A DNA stretch of 64,000 bases from an uncultured virus (IMG/VR IMGVR_UViG_3300042887_002641) (taxonomy: Duplodnaviria; Heunggongvirae; Uroviricota; Caudoviricetes): IMG/VR virus record IMGVR_UViG_3300042887_002641, positions 1 through 64,000 of that record, one strand, 5' to 3'. The position numbers and the translations under genes were made by a program. Within the stretch, counting starts at the first letter, position 1; each line of letters opens with the position of its first letter. Under the pieces are notes generated by a model. It ran no database searches. It worked only from the letters and a program-made list of their open reading frames with translations, and was not told the origin of the DNA. Below, piece by piece: positions 9,201 through 21,400 of the stretch.

Positions 9201-12200
9201 TTCCAAGCAAATGGTGGTTTCTCAGCAAGGAAATGTTGGCATAGCAACAGATAATCCAGTTGCTAAACTTCATATTTCTGATCCAAGTAATAATGAACCT
9301 TGGATGTTGTTGGACATAAATGATACTTACTTTAAAAGAATAGTCTTTTCAGAGGAAAGAGCCGCTTATGGAAATACTGGTTATGGAGGTTATATTGGTT
9401 ATGATGCTGATGCAAACACGGTATCTCTTGGAACATATCATGCTAGTGGGCATTATCGATCTTTAAATATTAAAAGAGAAGATGGTAACATTGGTATAGG
9501 CACAACAAATCCAGTATCTAAATTAAATATATTTTCTGAGACTGGAACTTCTCAAATTTTTAATCAACTTCAATTAACTAATTTAGGTACACTTAACCCC
9601 GGCAATATAGTAGGCATAGGTTTTGCTGCTGGCGAATCGACTCAGTATGGAGTAAAAGGCTCTATTGGTTTTGAAAGAACAGATAATTACGGAAGAGGAT
9701 CTTTAATATTTTATACAAATAATACTGCCGGTACTGAATCAGTTTCTACAAGTAACGAAAGACTTCGTATTGCAGCAAATGGAAATGTAGGAATAAATAC
9801 TGTATCTCCTAATTCTACTTTAAGAATACATGGAAGTTTTTCTCAAAGAGCAAATGGAGGAGTATTTCAAGAATATAAAAATGTTACTACTTTTAATTTA
9901 GATAATTATGGTGTTGGCGGTTATGTAATTCAAACTCCTTTTAAATTAGGTGTTAATTATGAAATGTCAATTGTCCATGTAAAAGGATATAACTATGGAA
10001 ATTCTTCACTTTACGATTTTAAAGTTATTTTTTATGATTACGGTCCTAGCCATGCGCCCATCAATTATTCTTTAATTGATTTAGGAAATGATGGTTCGCC
10101 AAAATACCTTGCTAAAGATGCCAACAATAATTTAGCTATTTGTTTTGGAAATAGTGGAGATTCTAGTTATTTTAATAGATTTACTGTAGACTGCATTACA
10201 ACGAGAAATGGTTCTAGCGATTATTCTCAAGGTTGGTCAGCGTATCAAACTACTGGTTTAAATTATGGATTTGCTAGTACTGGAGTTTATCAATTAAATT
10301 CTCCAATAAATTTTAGAACTAGTAATTATGTAGGCATAGGTACAACAAATCCTCAATATAAATTAGATGTAAAAGGAGACGTATTTGTTCAAGGGAATTT
10401 AAGAGGAGATGATGGAGCTAGAGGTTATCTATTAGGTAAAGACACTTTAATAGGAGGAAGGTCTTATTTAGTATTAGATCCAGATAGTACTGATGGTGTT
10501 GGTGCTGGCAGTGATTATCTATATATAGCTCAAGAAAATACAACTGGAGTAATTAGTAATTCTGCAAATGGAGCAATTGTTTTTAGAGGCGGTTCAGAAA
10601 GAGTTCGTATAGACACTTCTAATGGTAATGTAGGTATTGGCACATTTAATCCGGGCTACTTATTAGATCTATATAAAGTTCCTGCTACTTCAGGCACTTT
10701 GCAGCCAATGCTAACGCTTAATTCTGATTATGCTAGTGCTACTACTACTAATTTTGGATCATCTATTGTATTTAAAGGAAGAACTGCTGGAAATGAACTT
10801 CAAGAAAATGCTCAAATAGCAGCTTACAATGAAAATGCAAATGATAATGGTTACGCTTTAGGATTTTATACTCGTCCTTCTGTTGCTGGTGGATTGCAGC
10901 AAAGATTAACTATTTTAAGAGGCGGAAATGTTGGTGTAGGTACAACAAATCCTCAGACCAAGCTAGATGTTCGTGGAACTCTTTCTGTATATCAATCAGC
11001 CGATAGTGATTACATTTATTTTGATCATGCGGGAGTTAATACTTGGCGCACAAGAGTAACAACAGATAATACAAGTACTTATGTTATCGGAAATGATGCT
11101 CCCGGAGTACCTCTTGCAAATAAAATATTAAATATAACTAATGCTGGCAAAGTTGGAATAGGTATAGTTAGTCCCGCAACATTACTTGGTATTGGAGGAG
11201 CAGGTTCTACAACCGCAGCAAGCGGATTAACTTTTGGAAATGATGCTCAAGCTAACCTATATCGTGTAGCAGAAGACACAATTAAAACAGATGGATCTCT
11301 TACAGTTGCTGGCTTAATTTATAACGGAAATAATGCTTATTATTCTTCTGTCGCTAAATCAACTACTGCAAATTGGGGTCAATATACGGTATTATTAGGA
11401 AATAATAGTTACTCTAATCAGCTTATACAAGTTACTGTTGATGGTGGTAATGTATCTTGGAATGGTATTTTTGTTGCTAATGCTTCTAATTCTTACCGTC
11501 CAACTGACATGTGGGGCAATGTTAAGTTATTAGAATGCTCTACTTATAACTGTAATACTGATGATGTTATATTAAATGTAATGTCTAACACTGCTCCAAA
11601 TGGTTATGGATCAGTAGCTTTAGTATTAAAAACTAATGGATTAGTAAATGGTAGTTATGGCACTGGATACGCTAATGTAATTACGGTAACGTCAACTGGC
11701 CCAACACCAAATTCTTTTGTATTATCTTCAAGTTCATGGACTTCGCCTTATACTTATGTCACTTCTACTTCTGAAAATACAAAACAAATATATACTACTG
11801 AATCAGGAAGAGTAGGAATAGGAACATTTGCTCCTGCTTATAAATTAGATATAACTGGTCCAGCTACAGCAAATGGATCTACTCTTAGATTAAATGATGC
11901 CGCTTCATTATCAGATTCAAAACATCTTTTATTAACTAGGCTTACAGCTACTGGATGGATTGGTGTCGCTGGTTCTCAAACAAATGACCCATTATGTATT
12001 TCAAGAAGTAATGGTTATGATTTAATAGTTGATTCAAATGGTAAAATTGGCGCAGGAATATCTGCAAATCTTTCAGGAAATGTTCATATTAAAAATGCTA
12101 GTGCAGGAGATCAAACTCTTTTAGTTTTAGAACACTCTGCTGGTTATGGCACAAATACAGAGAACAGAATTGATTTCTATGATGATGAAGCTCATAAAAT

Positions 12201-15200
12201 TGCAGCAAGAATAGCCCAATATTATTCAGCCGTAGCAGGTAACAGATGGGGATTAAAATTTTATACCAATTCTAGTGCTGCAATTAACTCTACTCCTGCT
12301 TTAACTTTGATGGGCAACAATAATGTTGGAGTTGGAACTACGAATCCAAATTATCAACTTACTGTAATTGGCGCAAATCAAGCAACCGCAAATGTAACTG
12401 ATGCAGGTAACAAAGGCGGCTCAATATTAGTAGCAAGTTCTTTAAATAACTCAAATCAAGGTGGTTCAGTATTGTTTGCAAATGTAAATGATGCTGGAAC
12501 ATATACTCCTCAGTGGGCAATTAAATCTTTGTTCTTGAATGGAAATGGATATGGATTAGGCGATTTAGCTTTTTCATCTAGAAGAGCTACTGGAGATACT
12601 AGTTTAACGGAGTCAGTTAGATTCACTTATGATGGAAAAGTTGGAATAGGAACAGCAAGTCCCGGTGCTAAATTAGATGTAAATGGAGATGTATATATTT
12701 CGCCTAATACTGCTGGCAAAAATACATTTATACTTTCAACCAATGCTTCTAATGATGCTCGTTTGTTAATGAGAAGTGATACTACTACCAAAGTAGATAT
12801 TCAAGCAAATGGCACATCTTATTTTAATGGTGGTAATGTAGGTATAGGAACTGCTTCTCCAACTACTCTCTTGTCGGTTGGTGGTGCCGGTTCTACAGGA
12901 CCAGCAAGTGGTATAACTTTTGGCGGAGATGCGCAAGCTAATCTTTATCGTTCGGCAGAAGATACTATTAGAACAGATGGTGCATTTATAGCAGGTGGCT
13001 ATATTAGAGCTTTAAGCTACGTTCAACTTTTAACTAATTTATATCCTGATTCTTATACAGATAATTTAAATCTTAATATAGGAAATCTTTCAGCAACTAA
13101 TTGGGAAACTGCAATTAAGATCAAACCCGGATCTTATGTAGGCATAGGCACTACTCAGCCAAGTGGCAAGCTTCATATCGTTTCTTCTATTGCTAATGAA
13201 ACTGTCCTAAGAGTAGATGGAACGAATGGAACTTTATTATCCGTTGTTGATGATTTAAGTGATTCGCTTTTCTCTGTTAATAATGGAGCAGGTCTTCCTG
13301 TGTTGGAAGTTTTTGCTGATGACCGTATTGTAGCTGGACAGTACAATAGCGGCGACTTTGTTTTAGTTAATAATAAAATAGGAATTGGCACGACCAATCC
13401 AGCTAATAAACTCTCTGTAATTGGCGCGGCAAGCATAGGTAGTAACTCTTTCAATGTCGCCGCTCCTGCAAATGGCTTAACTGTTGAAGGCAAAGTCGGA
13501 ATTGGTACAAGTTCCGTAGATTCATGGGCGCAATTAAAAGTTATTGGTACAACTGCTTTAGGTGGAATTACTTATGTTACTGATAAAATTCAAGCATTAA
13601 CTGCTTTCCCCGGTTCTGCTACTTCATTGTTATTAAATCCTGATGGTGGCAATGTAGGAATAAATACAACAAGCCCAGCGCAAAGATTGCACGTTCGTGG
13701 CGAGCAAGTTTATTTATATAATGATTTAAATACTAGTAATACATTCTTCTACGCAAGAAATTCTGGCGCGGGTAATGCTGGAATCAAAATGAAGAATATA
13801 GATGGCGAATGGACCATCATAGCAAATGATCGTTTACGTTTTATTGATGATGATGCGGGGGTTGAGAGATTAAGTATTTTAAGCAATGGTAATGTAGGTG
13901 TAGGTTTAACTATTCCTCAAAAACCTCTTGATGCTATTTCTTCAAGTAATGATTTCGTAACTGTTGGAGCAACGTCATTAGGCGTTGGAAATTGGTGCGG
14001 TATACATTTTGGATATAGAGAAGACAATAACTTATATAGAAAATCTGCCATTGTTTTTGAAAGAACAGATTTAACTTCAAGCAACGCTCAAGGCAAAGTT
14101 CACATTTTAAATGGACCTCAAGCTGGTTCTAGCAATGCTACTTTATCAGATGCAAAGATAACAATAAATGAAGCAGGTAAAGTTGGCATAGGCACAACAG
14201 AGCCATTAAATAAATTATCAGTAATAGCTTCTAATGGTACAGCTTATTATAACAGAACTGATCCAGTAGCTACATTCCAAGGGGCTTCTCCTTCTACGAT
14301 TTTAGTATCAGTAGATGGCAATGTTGATGGTTACTATGCTGAATTAAAATTAGGCAACGCTCAATCAACATATTATCCATATTCAGCTTATGTAAGAGGT
14401 ATACAAGGTGCTGGAATAGACTATTATAGACTTGAATTTGGTACATCAGCAGGATCTGCTGCTAATACCAGAATGACAATTGCGAATAACGGAAACGTTG
14501 GAATAGGATTAACAAACACACAACATAAACTACAAATTTCAGGCGGCTCTGTTGCTTTCACTAGCAGTACTGGTCTAGCTGTTGAAATGCTTGGAATTAC
14601 TTCTTTAAATGTCGCTTATGTTGGTCCTTATGCGACAACTACAGATGGAAATGCTCCATCATTAGTTTTATTTAATCATGGAGCTTCCGTACAGCAAACT
14701 TATTTCTATTCTAGCGGCAGAATAGCGATGGTTCTTAACAAAGAAGGTCGTTTAAATATAGCAGGAAATGCTGGAAATACTCCGCCAGCTTTATTAAATA
14801 TAGGTCCAACTTCCTCTGTGACCGCTGTAAGTGGAATGAGTTTTGGTAATGATGCTGAAGCTAATTTTTACAGATCCGCAGAAGACACAATTAAATCAGA
14901 TGGAAATTTAATAGTAGTAGGAAACGTTACTGCCGCAAATCTAGTATCTGGTAATGGTACTTTAAATTATATTACGAAATGGAATGGCACTAAATCAGTA
15001 ACAAATAGCCAAATCTTTGATGATGGTACTTATGTAGGTATAAATACAGTAAGTAATACTACTTATAGGCTTCAAGTTAATGGTAGTTTTGCGGCTACGA
15101 CAAAGAGTTTCGATATAACTCACCCAACAATTTCTGGCAAGAGATTGGCGCATGCCTCTTTAGAAGGCCCAGAAAACGGCGTCTATTTCAGAGGCCAAAA

Positions 15201-15450
15201 TAATAATAGCGAAATAAACCTACCTCATTATTGGTCAGGTTTAGTTCATGATGATTCAATAACCGTTGATTTAACATCAATAGGCAAACGCAAAGATGGT
15301 AAAATAAGAAACTATAGTGTAGATCAAATAGGCCACAACAAAGTGTACATTTATACAGATAGTGATGATAATATATATAATTATTACTATACAATTTTTG
15401 CAGAGCGTAAGGATGTTTCTAAACTTGTAACTGAAAGGTATACGGAATAA
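6256..15450 (+). CDS. Giant tail/head fibre protein 1 with GxVGIGT repeats and a C-terminal chaperone-like domain
   Basis: 3064 aa with dozens of GNVGIGTxxP knuckle repeats and a short N-terminal coiled coil. The C-terminal TKSFDITHPT..KRL.HASLEGPENGVYFRG domain is characteristic of long phage fibres. Confidence 0.8.
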   Translation: MAQFAIDELFTTGVQISGFIFDRSYSLGIAGQVLTATSSGVMWQADSSNTDLAALSGQIAATGTLLNNRINSLSGYSDATFATITNLAATGSTLNARINSLSGYAGSTFLSGQGVANWTARWNGTKELITGSIYDLGTGVGIGTTSPSAKLEVFSGNAIIRNDNPGGVASLYIRNWATNPATQLVFGNSTSDDSSTTLGLNANVFSITNYGDPGSYIKFGTRNASTAEIRVTIDPSGRVGIGTEIPSTLLSIGGAGSTTALSGITFGADSQANLYRISSSRIKTDGNFTIDGQGGGASSLVLNRISDSYENGMAFTTAGSVDWYYYVDNANTNLQIQRGGEIDTAPRVRFDGANSNILFNLGGGNVGIGTDTPAGRLHVSGADGNVLFLKQGVTGSQGGIYFENADGFATSSARLYFISGDSVLFTRGPSNLAWSVSQNANVGIGVSNPSEKLTITGAVKILTRDGANFKVGDGSNNNTFLEIDYPDISSANAYFRLFRNTNTNGGKYFQIFKGDGTAGSQTLLNANGDSHINAVAGNLGIGTDNPIYKLDVIGTVRASGELITEGNNARISLFRTNGINYFDWATGQSLYFSTENTVGGGGRNTLMSITSNGNVGISTTSPTYSLQIGQNASGNNIDYSLGILRHGTLTYPGTWTSTPAFKIIDLADGGPSSVDIYGIMNLELPRFQASDTNAEKASLFLISFDTAMGPLRIDGKGNQWIGYDRVTTGINNSSFSSLIYGGLAVGDTYQTTTLSNGQAIFQGNVGIGITNPNVRLVVANTGAATSTSTVRIIGSTGNGAGPQIEFFKGTNQRFSIGASSAITGGFSEDLLLATLNPSSIILAAGVSGLAIFKPDGKVGIGTINPQTLLSLGGLGSTSAASGITFGGDAQANLYRSAEDTIKTDGSLEVTTNLNIGADLYVADELGVGVPIANKRVNYGAQIATANASIQLVLGRTASATGQGAIGADANNTFAVWNVSGGLSKQMVVSQQGNVGIATDNPVAKLHISDPSNNEPWMLLDINDTYFKRIVFSEERAAYGNTGYGGYIGYDADANTVSLGTYHASGHYRSLNIKREDGNIGIGTTNPVSKLNIFSETGTSQIFNQLQLTNLGTLNPGNIVGIGFAAGESTQYGVKGSIGFERTDNYGRGSLIFYTNNTAGTESVSTSNERLRIAANGNVGINTVSPNSTLRIHGSFSQRANGGVFQEYKNVTTFNLDNYGVGGYVIQTPFKLGVNYEMSIVHVKGYNYGNSSLYDFKVIFYDYGPSHAPINYSLIDLGNDGSPKYLAKDANNNLAICFGNSGDSSYFNRFTVDCITTRNGSSDYSQGWSAYQTTGLNYGFASTGVYQLNSPINFRTSNYVGIGTTNPQYKLDVKGDVFVQGNLRGDDGARGYLLGKDTLIGGRSYLVLDPDSTDGVGAGSDYLYIAQENTTGVISNSANGAIVFRGGSERVRIDTSNGNVGIGTFNPGYLLDLYKVPATSGTLQPMLTLNSDYASATTTNFGSSIVFKGRTAGNELQENAQIAAYNENANDNGYALGFYTRPSVAGGLQQRLTILRGGNVGVGTTNPQTKLDVRGTLSVYQSADSDYIYFDHAGVNTWRTRVTTDNTSTYVIGNDAPGVPLANKILNITNAGKVGIGIVSPATLLGIGGAGSTTAASGLTFGNDAQANLYRVAEDTIKTDGSLTVAGLIYNGNNAYYSSVAKSTTANWGQYTVLLGNNSYSNQLIQVTVDGGNVSWNGIFVANASNSYRPTDMWGNVKLLECSTYNCNTDDVILNVMSNTAPNGYGSVALVLKTNGLVNGSYGTGYANVITVTSTGPTPNSFVLSSSSWTSPYTYVTSTSENTKQIYTTESGRVGIGTFAPAYKLDITGPATANGSTLRLNDAASLSDSKHLLLTRLTATGWIGVAGSQTNDPLCISRSNGYDLIVDSNGKIGAGISANLSGNVHIKNASAGDQTLLVLEHSAGYGTNTENRIDFYDDEAHKIAARIAQYYSAVAGNRWGLKFYTNSSAAINSTPALTLMGNNNVGVGTTNPNYQLTVIGANQATANVTDAGNKGGSILVASSLNNSNQGGSVLFANVNDAGTYTPQWAIKSLFLNGNGYGLGDLAFSSRRATGDTSLTESVRFTYDGKVGIGTASPGAKLDVNGDVYISPNTAGKNTFILSTNASNDARLLMRSDTTTKVDIQANGTSYFNGGNVGIGTASPTTLLSVGGAGSTGPASGITFGGDAQANLYRSAEDTIRTDGAFIAGGYIRALSYVQLLTNLYPDSYTDNLNLNIGNLSATNWETAIKIKPGSYVGIGTTQPSGKLHIVSSIANETVLRVDGTNGTLLSVVDDLSDSLFSVNNGAGLPVLEVFADDRIVAGQYNSGDFVLVNNKIGIGTTNPANKLSVIGAASIGSNSFNVAAPANGLTVEGKVGIGTSSVDSWAQLKVIGTTALGGITYVTDKIQALTAFPGSATSLLLNPDGGNVGINTTSPAQRLHVRGEQVYLYNDLNTSNTFFYARNSGAGNAGIKMKNIDGEWTIIANDRLRFIDDDAGVERLSILSNGNVGVGLTIPQKPLDAISSSNDFVTVGATSLGVGNWCGIHFGYREDNNLYRKSAIVFERTDLTSSNAQGKVHILNGPQAGSSNATLSDAKITINEAGKVGIGTTEPLNKLSVIASNGTAYYNRTDPVATFQGASPSTILVSVDGNVDGYYAELKLGNAQSTYYPYSAYVRGIQGAGIDYYRLEFGTSAGSAANTRMTIANNGNVGIGLTNTQHKLQISGGSVAFTSSTGLAVEMLGITSLNVAYVGPYATTTDGNAPSLVLFNHGASVQQTYFYSSGRIAMVLNKEGRLNIAGNAGNTPPALLNIGPTSSVTAVSGMSFGNDAEANFYRSAEDTIKSDGNLIVVGNVTAANLVSGNGTLNYITKWNGTKSVTNSQIFDDGTYVGINTVSNTTYRLQVNGSFAATTKSFDITHPTISGKRLAHASLEGPENGVYFRGQNNNSEINLPHYWSGLVHDDSITVDLTSIGKRKDGKIRNYSVDQIGHNKVYIYTDSDDNIYNYYYTIFAERKDVSKLVTERYTE
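12841..13509 (+). repeat. 669-bp cassette duplicated at 18857-19525
   Basis: Collinear, ungapped, highly similar protein block (GIGTASPTTLLSVGG...APANGL.VEG.VGIGT) in both fibre genes. Confidence 0.9.
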
Positions 15451-15454
15451 AAAT

Positions 15455-18400
15455 ATGGGCGATATCGTAATTACACCAGCATCTAATGATGTAAATTCAA
15501 CAGCAGGGACGCTGACAGTCAGGACATCTGACTCGCAGCCTATTTCAATAAAAACTAATGATGTAAATAGACTTTATGTGACTTCTGCTGGAAACGTTGG
15601 AATAAATACAACCGCTCCCGCAGAAAAACTACAAGTATCTGGAAATGTTGTTGTAGGGCATGATGTTTACAATAGCTCATATGGTCAATACTTAAGATTT
15701 CCATTTGCTGGATTCAATTTGACAACGGGTGCTTTAAAAGCTTATTTGCAATTTGATTCTGTTGAGGATTACTCTGTTAATCTTGGCGATGCTTGGAAAT
15801 GGAAATTGGGAACAGTTGCAAGGGCTGGAAATGGTGGAAATTACAATTCACAATTTGAAATACTTAGAAGTACTAGAGCTGGAGTTACAGACAATACTGA
15901 TTTTGCTATAAGTAGAGATGGATGCGTTGGAATTGGAACGGTATTGCCTTCTGGAGGTTTGCATATTAATAATGCTCAGGGAGCTTTTTCTGAAGTAGTA
16001 AGACTTCAAAGAAATGGTGGAGTTTTTTATTCTGTTGGTCTTGATACTAACTTTTTAAATATTGCTTATAATGGAAATACAAATGGAAGTAATATTTTCG
16101 TTCTTAGAAATAATGGTTTTTTAGGTTTAGGAAATCTACAAACTGCTCTTTTTAATTTAGACATTGCTTCTACTCAAGGGCAGGGTATTCAATTAAGATA
16201 TGATACTACTACTGGTTATCGCGCTCAAATTACTCCTTATTGGAATAGTAATACAGACACAAGAATAGACTTTGCTATTAATAGATCAGCTAATCTAGTA
16301 GCTGATGTAATAATGTCGGTTGGTTATGCTAGTAATGTTGGCGTTGGCACGACAAGACCTGTACAAAAACTTCAAATTGAAGGTACAGTTGGAAATCCTG
16401 CTTCTATTGCCACAACTCAAAGTGGAATTTTCAGAATAAGCAATACTACAGACAATGCTGTCCTAGATTTTGGCATAAGGGCTGGCGGAAATGGTGCTTG
16501 GATTCAATCCACGGACGAAACAGATTTAAGTGCAAACTATCCATTGTTATTAAATCCAAATGGTGCAAATGTTGGTATTGGAACTACTATTGTCACAGGA
16601 AGATTAAATGTTACTAGAAATTCAAACACTTCTCAGCCTATTGGCTATTTTTCTGAATTATTCACAAATCCAGCGGCTACAAATATAATTTTATTAGAAA
16701 GAGGTAATAACGTATCCGCAGCAAATCAATTAAGTTCAAACGCCGGTTTAAGAATTAGAGATCACTCATCAAATTATTCTTTATCTGTAGAAGATCATCT
16801 TAGTAATTTAAATTTTGCAATAAGCGGATCAAGAGTTTTAATCGGCACAAGAACTACAAGTTCTCTTTTAAATATTGGCGGAGTAGGTTCAACAGCCCCA
16901 GCAAGCGGTATAACACTTGGAGGAGATGCTGTCGCTAATCTATACAGAAGCACGGCTTCTCAAATAAAAACAGATTCTCAATTAGTCGCTGCTGGCGGAT
17001 TTTATTCTACTAGCACTAGCAACTTCATGGAGAGTCTTTCTATAGGCACTTCAATAAATATAGAAGGTGGTCCAAACGAAGGTCTATTTTTAGGAGATAC
17101 AAGCAGATGGTACATTGGTACAACAGATAAGACTTATACTGTTAATGCGGATGGTGATTTGCATTTTAGAGATAGTACTAATTCTATAACTAGAATGATA
17201 ATTCAATATGCTAATGGTCACGTTGGCATAGGCTCAACAGATCCTGCTTATAGATTGGATGTTTATGATACTAACAAAAACATTGGAAGATTTTACAATA
17301 ATCAAACTTCTCTTGAATTCTTTTTAGGAAGTACTAATAATACATTATATACTGATCTCTTCTTAGTAACAAGCAACGGTAACGCTCAAATTTTTAAAAA
17401 TAGAAGCAATGCGGGTTGGGGAGGAGTTGACTCTCTTAACATTTATACAACTATTGGACCTATAGCATTTCATCCGTCAGGCGTACAAAATGCATTATAT
17501 TTAAATGAAATTGGTAATGTTGGTATAAATGTAGCAAATCCACCTAATAAATTGGTTTTATATGATAACAAAAATACTAGCACTTGGAATAGTAATTCTG
17601 CCGGTAATATTTCAAATATACAAGTAGTAAATTATCAAACTGGATTAAATATACCTGCGGTAATTGAATTAGTTCAAAATGATCATTCTTCTGTAAGGTT
17701 GGCTGGTTATAAGGTTGATGCAACAAGTTATTGGTTAAGTAATTTTGGCATTTCTGTCAGAAAAGCTGACACTAATATGCATCAAGTTTTTACGGCTCAA
17801 TATGATGGGAATATTGGTATAGGTACAACAAGTCCTACTCAAAAATTAGACATAGTAGGCAGTTACGGAACTCCTGATGACAATGCGGGTATGCTAAAAA
17901 TTAGAGGCCCCGGTGTAGGTCCTACTCAACTCAATTTCGGTATTAGCGCAGATGGAGGATATGGATGGATTCAAGCAACAGATATTGCTGTTGACAATGA
18001 TAGGAATATAATTTTAGCACCACTTGGAGGCAATGTTGGTATAGGCACAACAAGTCCTAGCACGTTGTTAAATGTACATGGTGCCAATCCATTTGTTAGA
18101 ATTAATAATACAAGTGCGGATGATCATGGAATTAAAATAAGTTACAATAATTCTGAAACACACGGATTAAATTTAATTTATAATGCAAACAGTGCTATCT
18201 CTTCTATAGATAATACCTATCCAGTAAGTGCTGCACAAGTTTACGGAGACATACGATTTAGACAAAATGTAGCAGGGACGATGACTACTCGTATGACCAT
18301 CAAAGGAGATGGTGGTAATGTTGGTATTGGGACAACTTCTCCATTAGCTCCATTACATGTTGGTCTTGGAGGGGATTGGCCTTCAAGCACTGGGACAAGT

Positions 18401-21400
18401 GCAATGGTTTTTATTAAGCAAAAATCATCAAATGTAGGTTTAGTAATCCAAGAGCCGGGAAATGCTAGTTTTGATAGAGCTTTACATCTTTATACAAATG
18501 CTTCATTAGCTACAATTGATGCTACTTATAGAGATACTGGACCTTATCCTGATATAGCTTTTGTGACTAGCGGAACGGAAAGAGTAAGAATCAATTCTGC
18601 TGGTAATGTATTAATTAGGACTACGACATCAACTACTAACGGTGGTCTTTTGCAAATTGGTCAAGTACCAAATACTACAGCATCTAGTATAGGTTTTAAT
18701 AATGACGATAATGCGGTAATAAGTGCAAAATATAATTTAGTGTTTCAAATTGATAACACCAATTCTGTTGCTAGTAGATCATATGAGTGGAACAAAGGTG
18801 GAAAAGGTTATGGTGACGGTACTAATTTGATGACACTAAATGCGGCAGGTAAACTTGGAATAGGAACGGCTTCTCCAACTACTCTCTTGTCAGTTGGTGG
18901 TGCGGGTTCTACAACAGCAGCAAGTGGCATAACATTTGGTGCAGATGCTCAAGCTAATCTTTATCGTGGCGCGGAAGATACTCTTAGAACAGATGGAGCA
19001 TTAATTGCAGGGGGATATCTAAGGGCTTTAAGTTATGTTCAACTTGTAACTGATTTATATCCGGGTTCTTATACAGATAATTTAAATCTTAACATAGGGA
19101 ATACCGCAGGAAATGCTTGGGAAACCGCAATCAAGATCAAACCCGGATCTTATGTTGGAATTGGAACGACAAATCCAACAGGTAAACTTCATGTCGTTTC
19201 TTCTGTCGCTGGCGAAACAGTTTTTAGAACAGACGGTACAAACGGAACCCTATTCTCAGTCGTTGATGACCTCAGTGATTCGTTAATGTCAGTAAACAAT
19301 TCCGCAGGTCTTCCAGTCCTAGAAGTCTTTGCTGATGATAGGGTTGTCGCTGGGCAATATGGAAGTGGAGACTTCGTTTTAATTAATAATAAAATTGGTG
19401 TTGGTACGAGTAACCCAGCAAATAAATTATCAGTAATTGGAGCCGCGAGCATTGGCTCAAATAGCTACAATGTATCTGCTCCAGCGAATGGATTAATTGT
19501 TGAAGGTAGTGTCGGTATAGGTACTACAAGTCCTAGTAGTAAACTTCATGTATATGATAATGGTGGTTCATTTATAACAGATTTAGACGCCACATATCAT
19601 ATGGGTATATTGAATGAATACGTTTCAACATATGTATCTAGAACTAAATTTGGCAGATGGAATAGTACTTCAAATTTAGAACTATATTATGATATTGCTG
19701 GTACTGAAGAAGCAAGAATTACAAGAAATTTCGCCGCTGCTGTTTTAAAATTTAATAGAGGCGTTAATACCGACATGATAATTGATGGTAATGGTAATGT
19801 TGGTATTGGAACAACAAATCCCTCACAAAAATTAGATGTTCGTGGAAATATAAAGTTAGGCGCAGACGGTGCAGGTAACTATATTTATTATGTAAAAGAT
19901 ACAGAAGGAACGATAATTAACACTTCAAGATCAGATGTAAGTCAGCAAGGTTTACTTAGATCAGATGGTTGGGGTAATTTTACAGTAGATAAAAGTATTG
20001 GTGTTGGATATAGTTTAGGAAGCTCGTTTGCTTCTTCTACTATTGGAAATGGTAATTTATATGTTGCTAATACTATAGGAATAAATACAACAAATCCAGC
20101 CGAAAAACTAGACGTTAGAGGTGGAATCCTAAGAACGAATAGTAGAATTAGTAATTCTGAAGGTTATCCGCTTGGCCACTATTCTCCCGGAGAAACGGTA
20201 TTTGAAATAGACCCCACATGGAGCCAAGCTGAACTTCAAAAATATTTTAATAGTAGTAGTGTCACTTGGGTAGCAGTAGCTGATGCTCCCGGGGGTTATT
20301 GTATTTATATTGATGGATCAGCTAATGTTGGTGGATTTGCTGATTCTGGCTTCCCTTATATTCCAGTAGACACTAGTGATATTTTCTACATGGAATGTTG
20401 GATTCAAAATGTAGGAACAAATCAAGGTCACTACATGGGAAGCCAAGATTTCGATCACAATTTTAGTAGTTTAGGAGGCAATCCCGGTTCTTATGGTTAT
20501 TGGGTAATGAGTAATTATAGTCCCGGTACTAGTTGGACTAAAGTAAGTGGTTATATTACTGGATTTGGAAGCTCAGTTGGTCAATTTGTATCTGGTACAA
20601 AATATTGGACTCCTCAAGCTTTATTCAATTATACAGCAGGAACTGGAACAAGAGCCTGTCGTATTTCTGGATGGAAAATTATAAAAGTTTATCACCCCGG
20701 CAATAGAACCTTTACAGGAAGTATAAGCGCAGGTACAAGTATTAGTGCTGGTACTAATCTTACTGTTGGTGCTGATCTTTATGTTGCTGATGAGTTAGGT
20801 GTTGGAGTTGCTATTGCTAATAAGAGAGTAAACTATGGAGCGCAAATAAACGCAGCAAGTGCTTCTATTCAATTAGTTCTAGGAAGAACGGCTAGTGCTA
20901 CTGGCCAAGGAGGAATTGGTGCAGATGAAAATTCTACATTTGCGGTTTGGAATGTAAGCGGAGGGGTCAATAGACAATTTGCCATTTCTCAAAGAGGTAA
21001 TTTAGGTTTAGCTACTTCAACTGCTGCTCCTAGTTCCAGATTAACAATTGGTACAGATTTTGCAGGAGCTTCTGGTATTTCTATTGACACAAATGGCACT
21101 TCTAATTCAGCAATTGTTGTTAGAAAAAATTCTAGTATGGCGGCTTATGGAATCCTTCCTTGGGATTCTGAAGTTTATTTAAGCGCAGGAATATATTATA
21201 GAGAAGGAACTTGGACTCATCATAATGCTAATAGTAATAATCAGTTATTTGTAATGTCTCCGGGTGGAGGAACTAAATGGTACGCTTCAAATGACGGTGC
21301 AGGTTCTTGGAATGTTGCAAGTGCTGTTACTCTATGGGATGACTCTGTTCATTGGAAATCTTCAATTAGATCTACAAGGGCAATAGACTGCTATATAAGT

